The notes beneath the pieces were generated by a model. That model saw nothing but the letters and a program-made list of their open reading frames with translations. It made no database searches and was not told the origin of the DNA. A program made the position numbers and the translations under genes. Positions 21,295-33,599 of a stretch of 64,000 bases of DNA are shown here, one piece after another. The stretch is from an uncultured Planctomycetota bacterium (GTDB lineage Bacteria > Planctomycetota > Planctomycetia > Isosphaerales > Isosphaeraceae), in the NCBI GenBank assembly GCA_963823665.1, contig CAWGMQ010000011.1, positions 1 to 64,000 on the forward strand, in the 5' to 3' direction. Position 1 is the stretch's first letter. The number at the start of each line of letters is the position of its first letter.

Positions 21295-22857
21295 ATGACG
21301 ACGGCGGCCGATTCACTCCCCACCGATCTGGAAACCGCCCATCAGCTCATCCGCGAGCTCTTGGAGACGCTGCGCCAGCAGACCGTCCTGAACGAGCACC
21401 TCCAGCATCAGCTCGAAAAGCTCCTGCGGCGGATCTACGGCCCCAGGACCGAAAAGCTCGACCCCAACCAACTCCTCCTTTTCGCCCGCGAGATCTTGGA
21501 AGCAACCGGAGTCGACCCCGCTGCGGCCCCACCGGCTGCCGACGCGAAGACAACCGAGTCGGTTGACCAAGCGGAACCAACCAAGAAGAACGGGCACGGT
21601 CGTAAGCCGCTGCCCAGGAGCCTCGAGCGCCGGCGCAAGGTCCACGACGTTCTCCCCGAACTACTCCCGTGCCCCGACTGCGGCGTCATCCGCACCGGCA
21701 TTGGCGAGGAGGTTCGCGAGCAGCTTGAATTTGTTCAGGCCAGCTTGATTGTGGTCGAGCATGTGCGGCCCAAGTACGCGTGCAAGGCATGCCAGGCCAA
21801 CGTGATCATTGCCGAACGACTTCCTGAGCCGATCGAGAAAGGTTTGCCTGGCCCAGGGCTCATGGCCCAGGTGATCGTCAGCAAGTACGCCGACCATTTG
21901 CCGCTTTATCGGCAGGAAGGAATCTTCCGCCGTCACGGCGTGGAGCTGTCTCGTCAGACGATGTGCGATTGGATGGCGGTCTCTGCCGAATTGTTGGAAC
22001 CGATCGTCGCGGAGATGCACTGCGAGATCCTCAAATCGCGGGTCATTCAGACTGACGACACGCCAGTACCCGTTCTGGACCGGAGTTTGGGGAAGACGCG
22101 GACAGGCCGGCTCTGGGACTACCTGGGGGATCGCGATCATCCCCACGTGGTGTACGACTACACGCCGGATCGCAGCGGCGAGGGACCGCAGCGGATGCTC
22201 GATGGTTATGAAGGCTACCTTCAAGCCGACGCGTATTCGGCCTACGACGCGATCTACGCCGGGAAGAAGATCATCGAAGTGGGGTGCTGGGCGCATGCGC
22301 GGCGGAAGTTCCACGAGTCCAAGTCGAGCGACGCGGTAAGGGCGCACGTGGCGATGGCCATGATTCAGCAGTTGTACAAGGTGGAGAAGGACACCAAGGA
22401 TCAGGACGACGCGGTGCGCGGGGCATTGCGCCAGGAGCGTTCGAAGCCGATCTTGAATGAGATCCACGCTTGGTTGTTACAGGAAAAGAGTCGCGTATTG
22501 CCCAAGAGTCCGATCGGCGAAGCGATCGGGTATGCCTTGAATCACTGGCAGGCGCTCGAGAGATTCACCGAGGCGGGTTGGCTGTCGATCGACAATAACG
22601 CCAGCGAGCGCGGGATGAAGCCGGTGGCACTCGGTCGAAAGAATTGGTTATTCGCCGGGAGTGACGCCGGCGGCAAGACGGCGGCGACGCTGATGAGCTT
22701 GTGCATGACGTGCAAGAACGTGGGGGTGGATGCGTTTGCCTATCTGCGTGACGTGCTGGAGCGGATCAGCACGCACCCCGCGCGGCGAATCAGAGAGTTG
22801 CTGCCGGATCAGTGGAAGAAAGAACGGGTGGCAGCGGAGACGAAGCCGGTGGAGTGA
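21295..22857 (+). CDS. tnpC: IS66 DDE transposase TnpC
   Basis: KYADHLPLYRQ, QTDDTPV, LQADAYSAY, GCWAHARRKF, IDNNASER. Confidence 0.96.
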   Translation: MTTAADSLPTDLETAHQLIRELLETLRQQTVLNEHLQHQLEKLLRRIYGPRTEKLDPNQLLLFAREILEATGVDPAAAPPAADAKTTESVDQAEPTKKNGHGRKPLPRSLERRRKVHDVLPELLPCPDCGVIRTGIGEEVREQLEFVQASLIVVEHVRPKYACKACQANVIIAERLPEPIEKGLPGPGLMAQVIVSKYADHLPLYRQEGIFRRHGVELSRQTMCDWMAVSAELLEPIVAEMHCEILKSRVIQTDDTPVPVLDRSLGKTRTGRLWDYLGDRDHPHVVYDYTPDRSGEGPQRMLDGYEGYLQADAYSAYDAIYAGKKIIEVGCWAHARRKFHESKSSDAVRAHVAMAMIQQLYKVEKDTKDQDDAVRGALRQERSKPILNEIHAWLLQEKSRVLPKSPIGEAIGYALNHWQALERFTEAGWLSIDNNASERGMKPVALGRKNWLFAGSDAGGKTAATLMSLCMTCKNVGVDAFAYLRDVLERISTHPARRIRELLPDQWKKERVAAETKPVE

Positions 22858-23599
22858 CCGCGCTGGTCACGAGCAGAGAGCTTGCGCGCGTGCTGGTGCG
22901 GCCGGCGGTCGAGCGGGCCTGGATGCCCTCGGTGATCGGCCCCGAGCTCCCAGGCGCGCGAAGCAAGTCGCGCGCCGGCCGCGCGCATTTAGCCGCGTGT
23001 ACTCCACCGGACGGTTACTCCGGGGAAACTCCAGCTCTTTGCCATCACGACAGCGTGGATCGACTTGAAGAGAGGCTGTATTCCCGTACGGATTGAGAAA
23101 GCCGGGGCATTTTTATACGAGGGTCGGCGGCTCGGCCCGGTACCCCAGCTAGTGGAATTGACCAAGGTTTTCAAAATAGAAAAGGTTGATGGAGCGCGTG
23201 GTATCCGACGAAAGGGCGCGTCTACAGATTCGATCAAGATCCCGAGTGGACGGGAGGACAAAATAATATGGAAATGTTGCTGACTGAACGATTCCACGAT
23301 ATTCCGCACGTCATTGTGAACACGATATCTTGGGATATACACAATATCGAAACGGTACCAGACACCAAGGATTTCTTCAAATTCGACTTTCCCACTGACA
23401 CTGAGTATTATGATGAAGCATCCAAGAAGTTTTTATTCATAGGTGATCAAGAAACGTACAGGGACAAGGTGTTGCGTCATAAAAATGTGCAGGAGCGATG
23501 AGTCCACACTGGAGTCGAAAGTCGCCGAGGTTTCGTCTAAACTGCATTGCACGATCTTGCGACTCAGGTGCGTGGCACTGGCTTCGCCGGTGGTCCGCT

Positions 23600-23628
23600 G
23601 TAGCAGGCACACTCCGTGTGCCGTCCGC
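23600..23628 (+). repeat. REP-like palindrome (second copy at 63833-63861)
   Basis: GTAG-CA-GGCACAC-TCC-GTGTGCC-GTCCGC. Confidence 0.75.
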
Positions 23629-23871
23629 CGAAGTTCCCGTTGCTCGTTCGGCTTCTACGCCGAAGAGTAAAGGCACTGGCATCGAATCGGATCGGGTATG
23701 ATGCTTGCCCAACCTTCGCGGCGCCCGGCGGCCTGATCGCTCGCCGGTTCTCTTCCGCCGAGACTTCGATCGACAAATCCTTCCGCCCGCAACGCGAGTC
23801 ACGCTGATATTGCCATCACAGCCCCCTGTGCCAACTGGTGCGGCCGTTTTTCGGCCACTCGTACCGGAATT

Positions 23872-24620
23872 TCAGGATTTTCTGTCCTTGCCTGTGGGCC
23901 CCTGCCCTCGACGGCGCCGGCACCAGAGCAGACCGCCACAGGCGCCGGAGATCGCCATCAGCGTCAGAGATGACGGCTCCCGCACGGAGGAGACCATAAC
24001 CAGACCGCCGCCCATCGCGCTGCTGTACATCAAGGGGTTGCCGTTTTGATCATCGAAGTACGTGAAATTGGGGTCCCTGACCAGAGAGACCTGAAACTGA
24101 TCCCCCGCCATCGCGCCCGCCGGCGCCAGGAATTGCACCGAGGCCAGATACGATAGCGAGCCGTCGGAAGCAGGCGGGGTCGGAAGCGATACGTAGCCCA
24201 GGGCGCATCCGACATATCACCACCGGTGATGGTGTCCGACGGATAATGGGTTTCCCCGGGACTTGACCAGAACGGAATACCGTTGTCCGAGCCGAAGCTA
24301 CCGCTATTGAACACATAATTCGCATTGCCGTAGGGATCGGGCTGACTCGATGTGAACTGCAGCAGCGAGGAGTGAGTTCCGACGGGCGTGATGAGCAGCT
24401 CCAGGCCAAAGGCCGACAGCGTGTCGCTATTGTTGGAGGTGACTGTAAAGTTCATCGTTCCGATCGATCCCGTGGTCACCGTGGCGTTGCTCAGGGAAAT
24501 CGTCAGATCCGCGTGCACACGAGCTGTCGCAAAACCGATCACCAGCAGTGTGAGAGCGAAGGACTTGATGAAGCAGCGCAAGTGAATCGATCCTTTCTCG
24601 TAGAGGCTAATGTCAGTCAT
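23872..24620 (-). CDS. PEP-CTERM-type anchored protein with possible cohesin-like domain, frameshifted near 24180-24210
   Basis: Signal peptide ending VHA-D; C-terminal V(R)EPSS + TM + RRRR. Confidence 0.7.
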
Positions 24621-27600
24621 CCCTGCTTCCCCTGCTCGGTCTCGATCAACTTCGGTCTGAGCACGGTCGACTGGCCCTGACGACGGGCATTCTTGCTGAA
24701 TATCGAAGATACCGGCCCACGGGGATGGGCAACTGTTGCAAAGGACGCGTTACGGGTCTGTCGCACAGGCGCAAGCCCCGAGGCCGAGACCGAAGTCAGC
24801 GTGATTGCCGGTGAGCGGTCAATCGCGATCGCGCCGAGGGCCGTGACGTCCAGCGGCGCGCCGCAGCAAGGACCTGAAATTGCGGGAAATTCGCTGGGGC
24901 CGTCGTCCCGACCGAGTGGCCGATGGCCGCGACTGTGTAGTCGAAGTCCTTGATGTTCACCGCCCCGCTGCCGTCAATGTCGGCATTCAAAAGCGGTCCC
25001 GATTCGCCTTCAGCGTGATAGACGGTGTAGGCATCCGTCCCCGCCGCCGTGTAAGGCCCGGTGACGACAGTGCTGCCACTGGTATCCCCCAGCAAGCGGA
25101 AGAACGGCAGCCAGAAGACCTGGCCATTACTTGGATTGCCAGTGGCGTCGATTCCCAGCGCGTACCAGCCATCGCCAAAGCTCTTGGTCGCCGGACTGGC
25201 CGGGGCACCGGCGAGCAAGCTGGTGATGCCGTTCGGGCCAAAGTTGATCGAGAGATCGTTGCCGGTCAGGCTCACCGAAGCGGTCGTACCGGTGCCGAAC
25301 AGGTTGACGCTCCCTTCGGGTGTGCTGCTGGCGCTCAAGTTCTCGCCGTACCACATGAGTTCCACATACGCGCCCGCGTTTCCGCCGGTGAGCCCACTCG
25401 AGAGGCTCTCGAGCGCCGCGCTGGGCGGGCTCGTCGACAAACTCTGGTTGAAATCAACATCGAGGTACTGGATGAACGACCGTTCCGCGATGTTCTTCTC
25501 GACCACGAAGCTCTGAACCGCAAGCGGAGCGGTGTACGTGATATTGCTGAAGGTGACGTCCGGCGACGCCGGCCCGGCAGCGGGAGTATACTGCACCTTG
25601 TGCTGATCGTCGACGCCGACGCTGTAGAAGCTGTAAGTGTGCGCCAGGCCATCGCCCAGGGCATTGTACGTGATTGATCCGCTATAGACGCCGATCAAAC
25701 TGGGTGTGCCGGCGCCTGGCTGTGCGATCAACACGGGCGTGCCGCCATCGACAACGACATAGATGTTCACAATAGAAATCGAGCCGGCCGGGATGCCGGT
25801 GTTTGCATCAGGATCAGCCCCGGCCCAGTTGATTGTGAACACGCCATTCGAATAAGACGACGGCGCCAGCGTGCTGAAGTTGCCCGAGGGGAACGGATTC
25901 CACGAGTAGGACGGGCTGGACGAGAGGATGTGAGTCACCGGCGGGTTCAGGTCGGGCACACTCGTGCTGGCTTCGATTTCATTGGCGGCCGTCGGCTCCG
26001 TGTTGCCGGCCGAGTCGTGGGCAACGCTGTGGAAAGCGTAAAGATTCCGATCCTGCCCATTGAACATGAAAGTGGTCGTGCCCGAGGCCGTGGGCGTGAA
26101 TGTGTTGGTCTGGTACAGCATGAACGCGCCGTTGTTGACCGAGTAGTACAGGTCGACCGACGAGACACCGCCGGCCGCCCCACCCACACCGCCGGCCGGC
26201 TCGCTGAACGTGACCGAGACCGGGAAGCTGTCGCTTGTCTGGCTTGTACCGAGCGACTTGACGACATCACTGGCGGGCACCAGCGGCGAGAGCGTGATGG
26301 CGACGGAGTTGGCATTGGACCCGGCCAGATAAGTGAGTCGGGCGATCATGTCGCTGCCGAGAAAGTTCGTGCTGAGGATGGCTCCTTCGTTCAGGGTGGC
26401 CCCGGGAGCGAAGGCATCGACGCCGGTGCCGGCCACGAAATTGCCGCTGACGGCACCGGTGCTCTCGTTATTGATGAGGATGTACTGATCCCCGCTCTGC
26501 GGCTTGAAAGCGGGAAACGAGCCCAGGTTCAGCGTGGCGCCGCCCAGGCTCACGGTGCCCATCACGCTTTCCTCGCCGTACTCGCCAGGGGCCGGACTCA
26601 ACAACCCGGAATTAAAATCCGCGCCGGCATCGAGCGTGAGGTTGCCGGTTGTGAGGTCGCCGATGTCAAAGCCGGGCGACAGGATCCCGCCGCTGCTGAC
26701 GGTCACTGAGCCGTGCAACGTCCCGATCCCCAGCAGCTCACCGCCCTGGCCAATGGTGAGCAAAGGTTCGGTCAGGCTGCCGTTCACCTCAAGCAGACCC
26801 TGGATATTCGTCAGGCTGCCCTCGACGGTCGCCGTCGCCCGGGGTGACACGCTGAATGTGCTTCCGGCATCGATCAGCACAGTCCCCTCTGCGGAAACTG
26901 GCTTTGTCGTGGCCGCAGCCACATCCATGCTCCCGTTGATTTCGACGTTCTGCATGTCGCTCATCGTGGCGCCGCTCTGAATCTCAAGGCGGCTGCCAGT
27001 ATCGATCTCGAGAGATCCGTCAATCGTTGCGCCGGCATCATCCTCGAGCGTCAGAGAAGACGCCTGACCCTCCACCTTGAATTCGCCCGCCGGCGCCGCC
27101 GGTTCGCCGCCGACCGTCAGGTTGCCCAACTGCCCGGTTACCGCGAAATTGCCGCCATCGCTGACGAAGCCGCCCGACTCCACGGTGAAGCTGGCGCTGA
27201 TCGTGGCCTTGCCTCCATCGGGCATCAAGAAGTTGCCTTGAACGTTCACTTCGGCGTACTCCCCGGCCTCTTCTTCAAACATGCCGGTGCCTTCCAGGGA
27301 GAACGTTCCTGCGCCCATGCTGGAGGCGTTGACATCCATCTCACCTTCGTTGGTGATGTCGACGGTTCCACTCACGTCCATGGATCCACCGCTCGCCAAG
27401 ACCAACACAGCGTCCACCGTGAGTTTACCGGAGATGTCGGCACTGGCTCCTTGAATCACCGAGAGAGTGTCGTCATCAGTGAAGCTGCTCGTGGCATCCA
27501 CCGTGAGCTCGCCGGTCGTCTCGCCGACCGTGACCACGAATGGGCCGCCGTCGGAGACCGCGCCACCGTCCATGACCGCGATGGTTCCCGTATCCATCAG

Positions 27601-30600
27601 GGTCACACCCGACTCGACCGTGAGCTGGCCGGCGTCATCGATCACCCCGGGAGCGGCGCCGGCCGGAGAGTCGCCATTAAACTCGATCGTGCCGAAATCA
27701 TCCAGCGTGCCAGGCGCGAACAGTGGCGTCCCGGATTGCGAAACGGCGGGGTTCTGGAGCAGCGCCAGCGTGCCATCGACATCCAGCGAGCCGACAGGGT
27801 ACACGGTAGCCATGTTCCCGTCGTCAAGCAGACCGCCGCTGTCCACGGTGATCGGGCCGTTATCGTTGAGAGTGCCGCCTGGCAGATCAATCACCCCTGC
27901 AGGAGGCCCCACATTGATCTGGATGGGCATCTCAACGTTGAGTGTGCCGTCGACTTCCAGGCTGCCGCCAATGGCGCCGCCAATCGATACCACGCCGTAA
28001 TCATCGAGGCTGGCTCCACTGACGTTGAGCGACTGCCCCGGCGCATTCGGCAGCGAAAACTCCACGATCATTGTCCCCAGGTCGTTCAAGAGCCCGGAAA
28101 ACCCAACGTTCACCGTGCCGAAAATGTCAAACGAGCCGCCGGGCAGAGAGGTGTTATTCGGCCCGAAGGATGACTCCGCGATCATCAGCGTGCCATCGTC
28201 CGTCAACGTTGAGTCGCTGTCGGAATACGAGCCCAACGTCAATGTCCCGGCGTCTGTCAGCGTTGAATCGGAACCCAACTCGAGATAACCGCTGACGTCC
28301 AGAATGCCGGCTGGTACAGAGTTCCCGTTCGAGTCGGTGTAGCCTGCCAGGACGTTGATCTCGCCCGATGCATCCAGTGTTCCCTCGACGGTGACGGCAG
28401 GGGCGCCGGCGTCCACATTGAGCACCCCACCGGAATTGATGCTCAGGCTGCCTGAGGCAGGCACATCCAGATTGCCTTGTACCGTCAACGAGCCCTCGAA
28501 GTTCGCCATGCCGGCGATAGCGACAACTCCCTGAGCTCCAATAGTGACGGCGGCCGCGGCCACGTCCATCGGTGCGGAGATCGTGATGTTGCCACTGACA
28601 TTCACTCTTGCGCCGGCCGCCACCTCCAGTTCACCCGGCACGGCCCCCTCGCCCGCTCCATTGGAAATCTCCAGGTTCGCGCCCGGCCCGCTGATGGTAA
28701 AGGTGTCAAACAGCCCGGAGCCCCCAATGGAAAGCGGGCTGACCAGGCCGATTGTCTGAGTGGTGCCGAATAGGGTGGGGTCGAACGAAATCGACACGGG
28801 TGCGAACGGCGTTTGCAGGTCCGCCAGGTCCACCGCACCGCGGAACGACAGTTGGCCTGGAAGAGCGCTCAGCTCGCCATCGCCAGCAGCGGTGACCGTG
28901 AAAGGACTGTAGAGCTGAGAGGTTGGGTAGGCTTGAAACGCGCCTACGTCGACGGCCTGCCCTGGCGCTCGAGCGAAGCCACGCTGGTCGCCGGGCAGGG
29001 AAACCCCCGCGCCTGCGGAGTACGTGCCGAAGATCCCGTTGATTCCCCGTGTCACACTGAGCGTGGCGGTTCCGTCGACGTTGAGCTGTAAGCCCGTCAC
29101 TGCCATCTGCTCTTCGCCGATCTGAATCGTGAAGTAAGAACCTGCAGCAAGGTTCGGCAACGACGAGGCTGCCAGAACCCCATCATTAATGATGGTGATC
29201 GACGTGGCTGCCTTGCTCGTGACAGCGTCAGCCAGCGTGGAGACGGCGCCGCCATTGCCGAAAGCGCCGAGTGCGTAGCTGCCAGGCACCAGGGCCAAAG
29301 TCGGAGTAGGACCGCCGTAGTCGTTCAATGGGGCCAGGCCGGTCTGTGCCACAGTAACGCCCACCTGGTTGCCTCTGGTGCCGGTTTTGAGACTGTTGGT
29401 CGAGTCTGCGCCAACCAGGTTATAGCTCGATCGAACCTGGAGGGGGATGCCGCCGACGTCATCAGGCGTCTCTGCGGACGAAGGTCCCGCGACGTTGCCG
29501 ACCACGATGTCTCCCGTCAGGTTTGCCTCGCCATCTTCGCTTTCGATTGCGCCTCCCGTTCCGGACGAGTTGAACACGACAGTGCTCGCGCTCATCGCCA
29601 GGCCGCCAAAGTTCTCGATGGCGCCGCCTATGGTGCCGGCCGAGTTGTTGACGAACGTGCTGTTGAGCACCGTCAACGATCCGAGGACGTCGTTGTAGAT
29701 CGCGCCGGCATCCATCGAAGATTGATTCGCCGAAAAGGTGCTGTCAACAACGAGCATTGTTCCGTAGTTCAAGATGCCTGCCCCGGTGAATGGGGAGGAA
29801 TTGTCTGCCAGCAGACAATTGCTCAAACTCATCGTGCCGTAATTCGCGATGGCGGTGTTGTCGTAATGATCCAGCTCGCTATCAGTCAAAGACAGCGTAC
29901 CCTCGTTATCAATGCCATTAACGTCCGGCCCGAGCTCCGATCCCGTGATATCGACCCCCTGGACAGTCGCGCTGACATTCGGAGGAATGCTCAGAATCCA
30001 TCCACCCGCATCCTGGCTGCTCAAAGTGATTTGAATCTGATTCGGGCTGACGCCTTGCGCATTCATGATGTGCACGTCGCCCGCCACGTACAGACCGTTT
30101 TGAAGCACATAATCGCCCGCTGGAACAACAATCGTGTCCGTCACCGGTATCGTGGCGTTGGCGTCCTCGCCTGCGGCCTCGAGGGCCGAGCGGAGCGAGA
30201 TGTTGTGGTTGCTGTCGTAGGGACTGTCTTGCGCGGCACTGTCGGTGTCGGCGGTGGTGTTGACCATGAACAAACCCGCGCTCGGGTTCTGAACATCAAT
30301 GTCAAACCCGGCGCTGAACGGGGCGCCGCTCGAATCGGTCCCGGCGATCGTGAAAGGGAAGTTGCCCAGAGCCGAGGGTGTGCCGCTGATGTCGATGGTG
30401 CTTGAGGAAACGTTCGCCGTCAGACCGGCCGGCAACCCCGAAATGGGCGAATTCAGCATGAATGGGCCACTGCCGCCGTTGATCGGGATCGTCGCGGTGA
30501 GGGCCCTGCCGAGGGTCCAGTCCGACTGCGATAGACCTCCCAGGGTGGGCACAGGATTGATCGTCAACGTGAACTGCTGCTTTTGGGTCTCTGGCGTTGG

Positions 30601-31650
30601 CGTGGTGGAATCCGTGACTTCCAGGGTGAATTCGCTGGTGCCAGTGGTGGTCGGTGTGCCTGTGATCGCTCCGCTGGAGGTGAGTTTAAGCCCGCTCGGA
30701 AGCGTGCCGCTGACCAGGCTGAACGAGTATGGCCCCGTGCCTTCGTCCGCCGCGATCTGCTGGCTATAGGAACGGTTCACGGTCCATGAGGGCAAGCTCG
30801 GCCCGGTCCCAAACGCGACCGGGGGCTCGTAAGTGATCGTGAGCTGCGGCACGGGCGATTCTGTTGTCGGCGGCACCGCTGAATCGGTCGTGTCATTGAA
30901 CATCGAATTGAAATGCAGCGTATTGCCGGTGCCGTCAGGCGCGGGGGACAGGCTTTCGTCGCCGATCAAGATCCAGCCGTAATTCGAGCTCGGATTGTTG
31001 AGCCAGTTCTGTACGTCGGAAGTCAAGCCGGTCCAGCAAAAGGTGCCCGCTGTGCCGGAAACCATCGCGGTTGCACTGGGCATCGACGCGAAAGGTAGAT
31101 GTGGATCGGAACCAGTGATGGGAATGGGCGGCATCGACCAGGGCACGGCTTGCCCGGCGTCGGTGTTATAGATCTCATCTTGCCAGGTGGAGTCGCCATC
31201 CATCGCCGCGAAGCCGCCGCCTTCAAAACCGTCCGGCGTCGCGCTGTCCCCTGATCCGTGGGACCAAGCCTCGGTCATGGCATACAGAGCGACGGGCTGT
31301 GGCGTTGTGCTTTCCGCGTAATGCACGTACATCGACAAGGTTGCGCTGATAATCGTCGAACCAGCGGGAATCCCCGATAGATCGAATTCGACCAGTCCGC
31401 GGTCGCTGTTGGCCTTGCCCCGGGTCGTCCCATTCTGACCAACGGTAATGTACTGCCCAAGCGGATCGTCCAGCGCGCCCGCCTTGTAAAGGGTGTTGTC
31501 CTGCGAGGCCGTGATCGTGACGTTCGCCGACAGGGTGACGCGGTTCTCAAGGGCTTCAAAGTGCGGCACGATCAGTCGGCGCGAGGACTTGCGCCGACCG
31601 TTTTGGTTCCCGTTTTCGACCCGGCTGCGCTGAGAATACTCGTTTTTCAA
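24617..31650 (-). CDS. Giant secreted multidomain protein (DNRLRE, Ig-like, choice-of-anchor Q, beta-helix, dockerin-like C-terminus); probable frameshift near 24860
   Basis: PHFEALENRVTLS signal; RGLVEFDLSGIP; LPSGLKLTSSGAITGTP; YGGPTPTLAL..GS and DQRG; NADIDGSGAVNIKDF; the alternative frame ends in an ATGA overlap at 24617-24620. Confidence 0.85.
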
Positions 31651-32094
31651 CAGGATGGTCCCGAAGGTTGAATCCAGTGGCAGGCGAAAGCTTGTCAAGA
31701 CCGTCAGGTGACCATCCCGCCCGCACGAGCGGCCGGCCGGATCCGGGTCACTTGTGAGGTTGTACCGGCCCACCGCGCCGGATCTGACTCGGCTTGCCGA
31801 AGTTTTTTTCCGGGGGGGGAAGCGGGATAGGTTCGGCATTGGGGCAACGGGGATATTGGGGGAACGGGGGCAGGTCCGATGTTGGCAACTTGAACTGAAG
31901 GTCGCGAGGCCCGTGCTGGTCCAGGTGTCCGGGCCATTCACGGTTGCCTGGGCTCGTGATCCCAGCTACCGTGGTTCGAGTATTGACCGATTCCCTGGCC
32001 AGCCCAGATATGGCAAGATTGCTCCTGGCCTGGTGGCCGCACATTCGGATCGGGATTTTCAACTCGTCCGGGACGATTCAAGCGGAGACGCAAC

Positions 32095-32535
32095 ATGACG
32101 CTCGCGAAAACGCTCTTGCTGGTCTGTTTGCTCGCCACCGTCGCTGCTGACGACCCCCCAAAAAAAGACGATGCCGAGTCGTTCAAGGGCACCTGGAAGG
32201 CTCTATCCATGAAGCAAGGGGGCCAGAACGTCCCGGAGGATTTCGTGAAGTCAATGACATTCAACTTCGACGGCAAGAAGTACATCCAGAAGGTCCAGGA
32301 TGAGAGCGAGGAGGGGAACTATTCCATCGACGCATCCCAGAGCCCCAAGACAATCGACCTGGACATCAAGACGGGCAACGACCAGGGGAAGAAGCAGATC
32401 GGCATCTACAAGTTTGAAGACGGCAAGCTGACCTTCATCGTCGCAAAGGCCGGTTCCACGGATCGGCCGAAATCGTTCAAACCCGAGAAGGATGCTGACG
32501 TCATCGAATTCGTGCTCGAGCGCGAGAAATCCTGA
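32095..32535 (+). CDS. TIGR03067 domain protein (exported)
   Basis: Signal peptide; FKGTW, PKTIDL, GIYKFEDGKL, RPKSF. Confidence 0.88.
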   Translation: MTLAKTLLLVCLLATVAADDPPKKDDAESFKGTWKALSMKQGGQNVPEDFVKSMTFNFDGKKYIQKVQDESEEGNYSIDASQSPKTIDLDIKTGNDQGKKQIGIYKFEDGKLTFIVAKAGSTDRPKSFKPEKDADVIEFVLEREKS

Positions 32536-33599
32536 GGTGCTGTGCGCTCGCGCCGGATACGACCCAGAGGAATCGTTACGAGCTGTTCTTCCCGGAAGCT
32601 CGCAACCCGGAAATCGGCTTCGAAGCGCTCATCAAGAGTCTCGCGTAGCAACAAACGTCTTCCGCGTCGCCTGCCACCGCGGGGCCCGCGCCACGCCCCT
32701 GAACGCGAATGATCCCAACCGGAGTGCAGAGAATTGCGACGAGTCCAACGAGGATCCGGGCGACGTTTGACTTCTTCATTCCTCGGTCCGCCAGCTTTCG
32801 TTCAGTGTCCCTCCGCGCACCTTCGCCGCCAGATCGGCGTCCTCGCGGTCGCGGCGGCGCTGGCGACGGTCCGTGCGCCACGCCTCGAACAGGAGAACCG
32901 CGAACCAGACGGCGCCGCCGACAATAACGAACGCGTCAAGGTCCGTTTGCCCGGGCGCACAACTCCTTGCGCAATCACACCCGCGATCGCCACAACGAAC
33001 CAGAGCAGCAAGAATGGCAGGAAACGATCCGTGTCCGAAGTAATCATCGATGATAGTTTCTTCGCGATCATCCCCTCGGCCGGCGTGATGGCGCGCATCA
33101 GCGCCCACGCCGCCAGCGGAAACAACGGCGCGGCCAGGAAGCCGGGCTGGCCCAGGATTCTCCACGCGACAATTCCCCCGAGAGCCGCCACCACGAGCGA
33201 TGGCACGAGATAGCGGTCCCATCTCTGCCGTCGGAAAAGGATCTCGCTCGGCCCCGGCTTCATGCGAACCGATCGCGGCTCGAGCAGCGCCGTCTTGTAT
33301 GCAAACAGATTCCAGCCGGTCTGGACCGCGAGTGAAAGCGTAGCTCGCAAATGCTCGACGATGATCGCGCGCTCTTCGATCTCATAGTTCTCAAAGTAGA
33401 TCGCGATTCGCGCCGACCCGTCGAGCAGCACGATACGACGTAACCGTCCGGTGGAGTACACGCGGCTAAATGCGCGCGGCCGCGCGCGACTTGCTTCGCG
33501 CGCCTGGGAGCTCGGGGCCGATCACCGAGGGCATCCAGGCCCGCTCGACCGCCGGCCGCACCAGCACGCGCGCAAGCTCTCTGCTCGTGACCAGCGCGG

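Larger units (their letters stand above)
20387..23018 (+). mobile_element. IS66-family element, copy 1
   Basis: Terminal IRs GTAACCGTCCGGTG / CACCGGACGGTTAC; 8-bp TSD TCCGGGGA at 20379-20386 and 23019-23026. Confidence 0.97.
19573..23501 (+). pseudogene. Exported hypothetical protein interrupted by IS66
   Basis: Removing the IS and one TSD gives in-frame ARFPG-KLQLFAITTAWIDLKRGCIP; further frameshift near 23270. Confidence 0.8.

Noticed and set aside
23496..23538. Hammerhead ribozyme (GATGAG-stem-CGAAA...GTC)
   Set aside because: Lacks the CUGANGA core, and stems I and III do not pair convincingly
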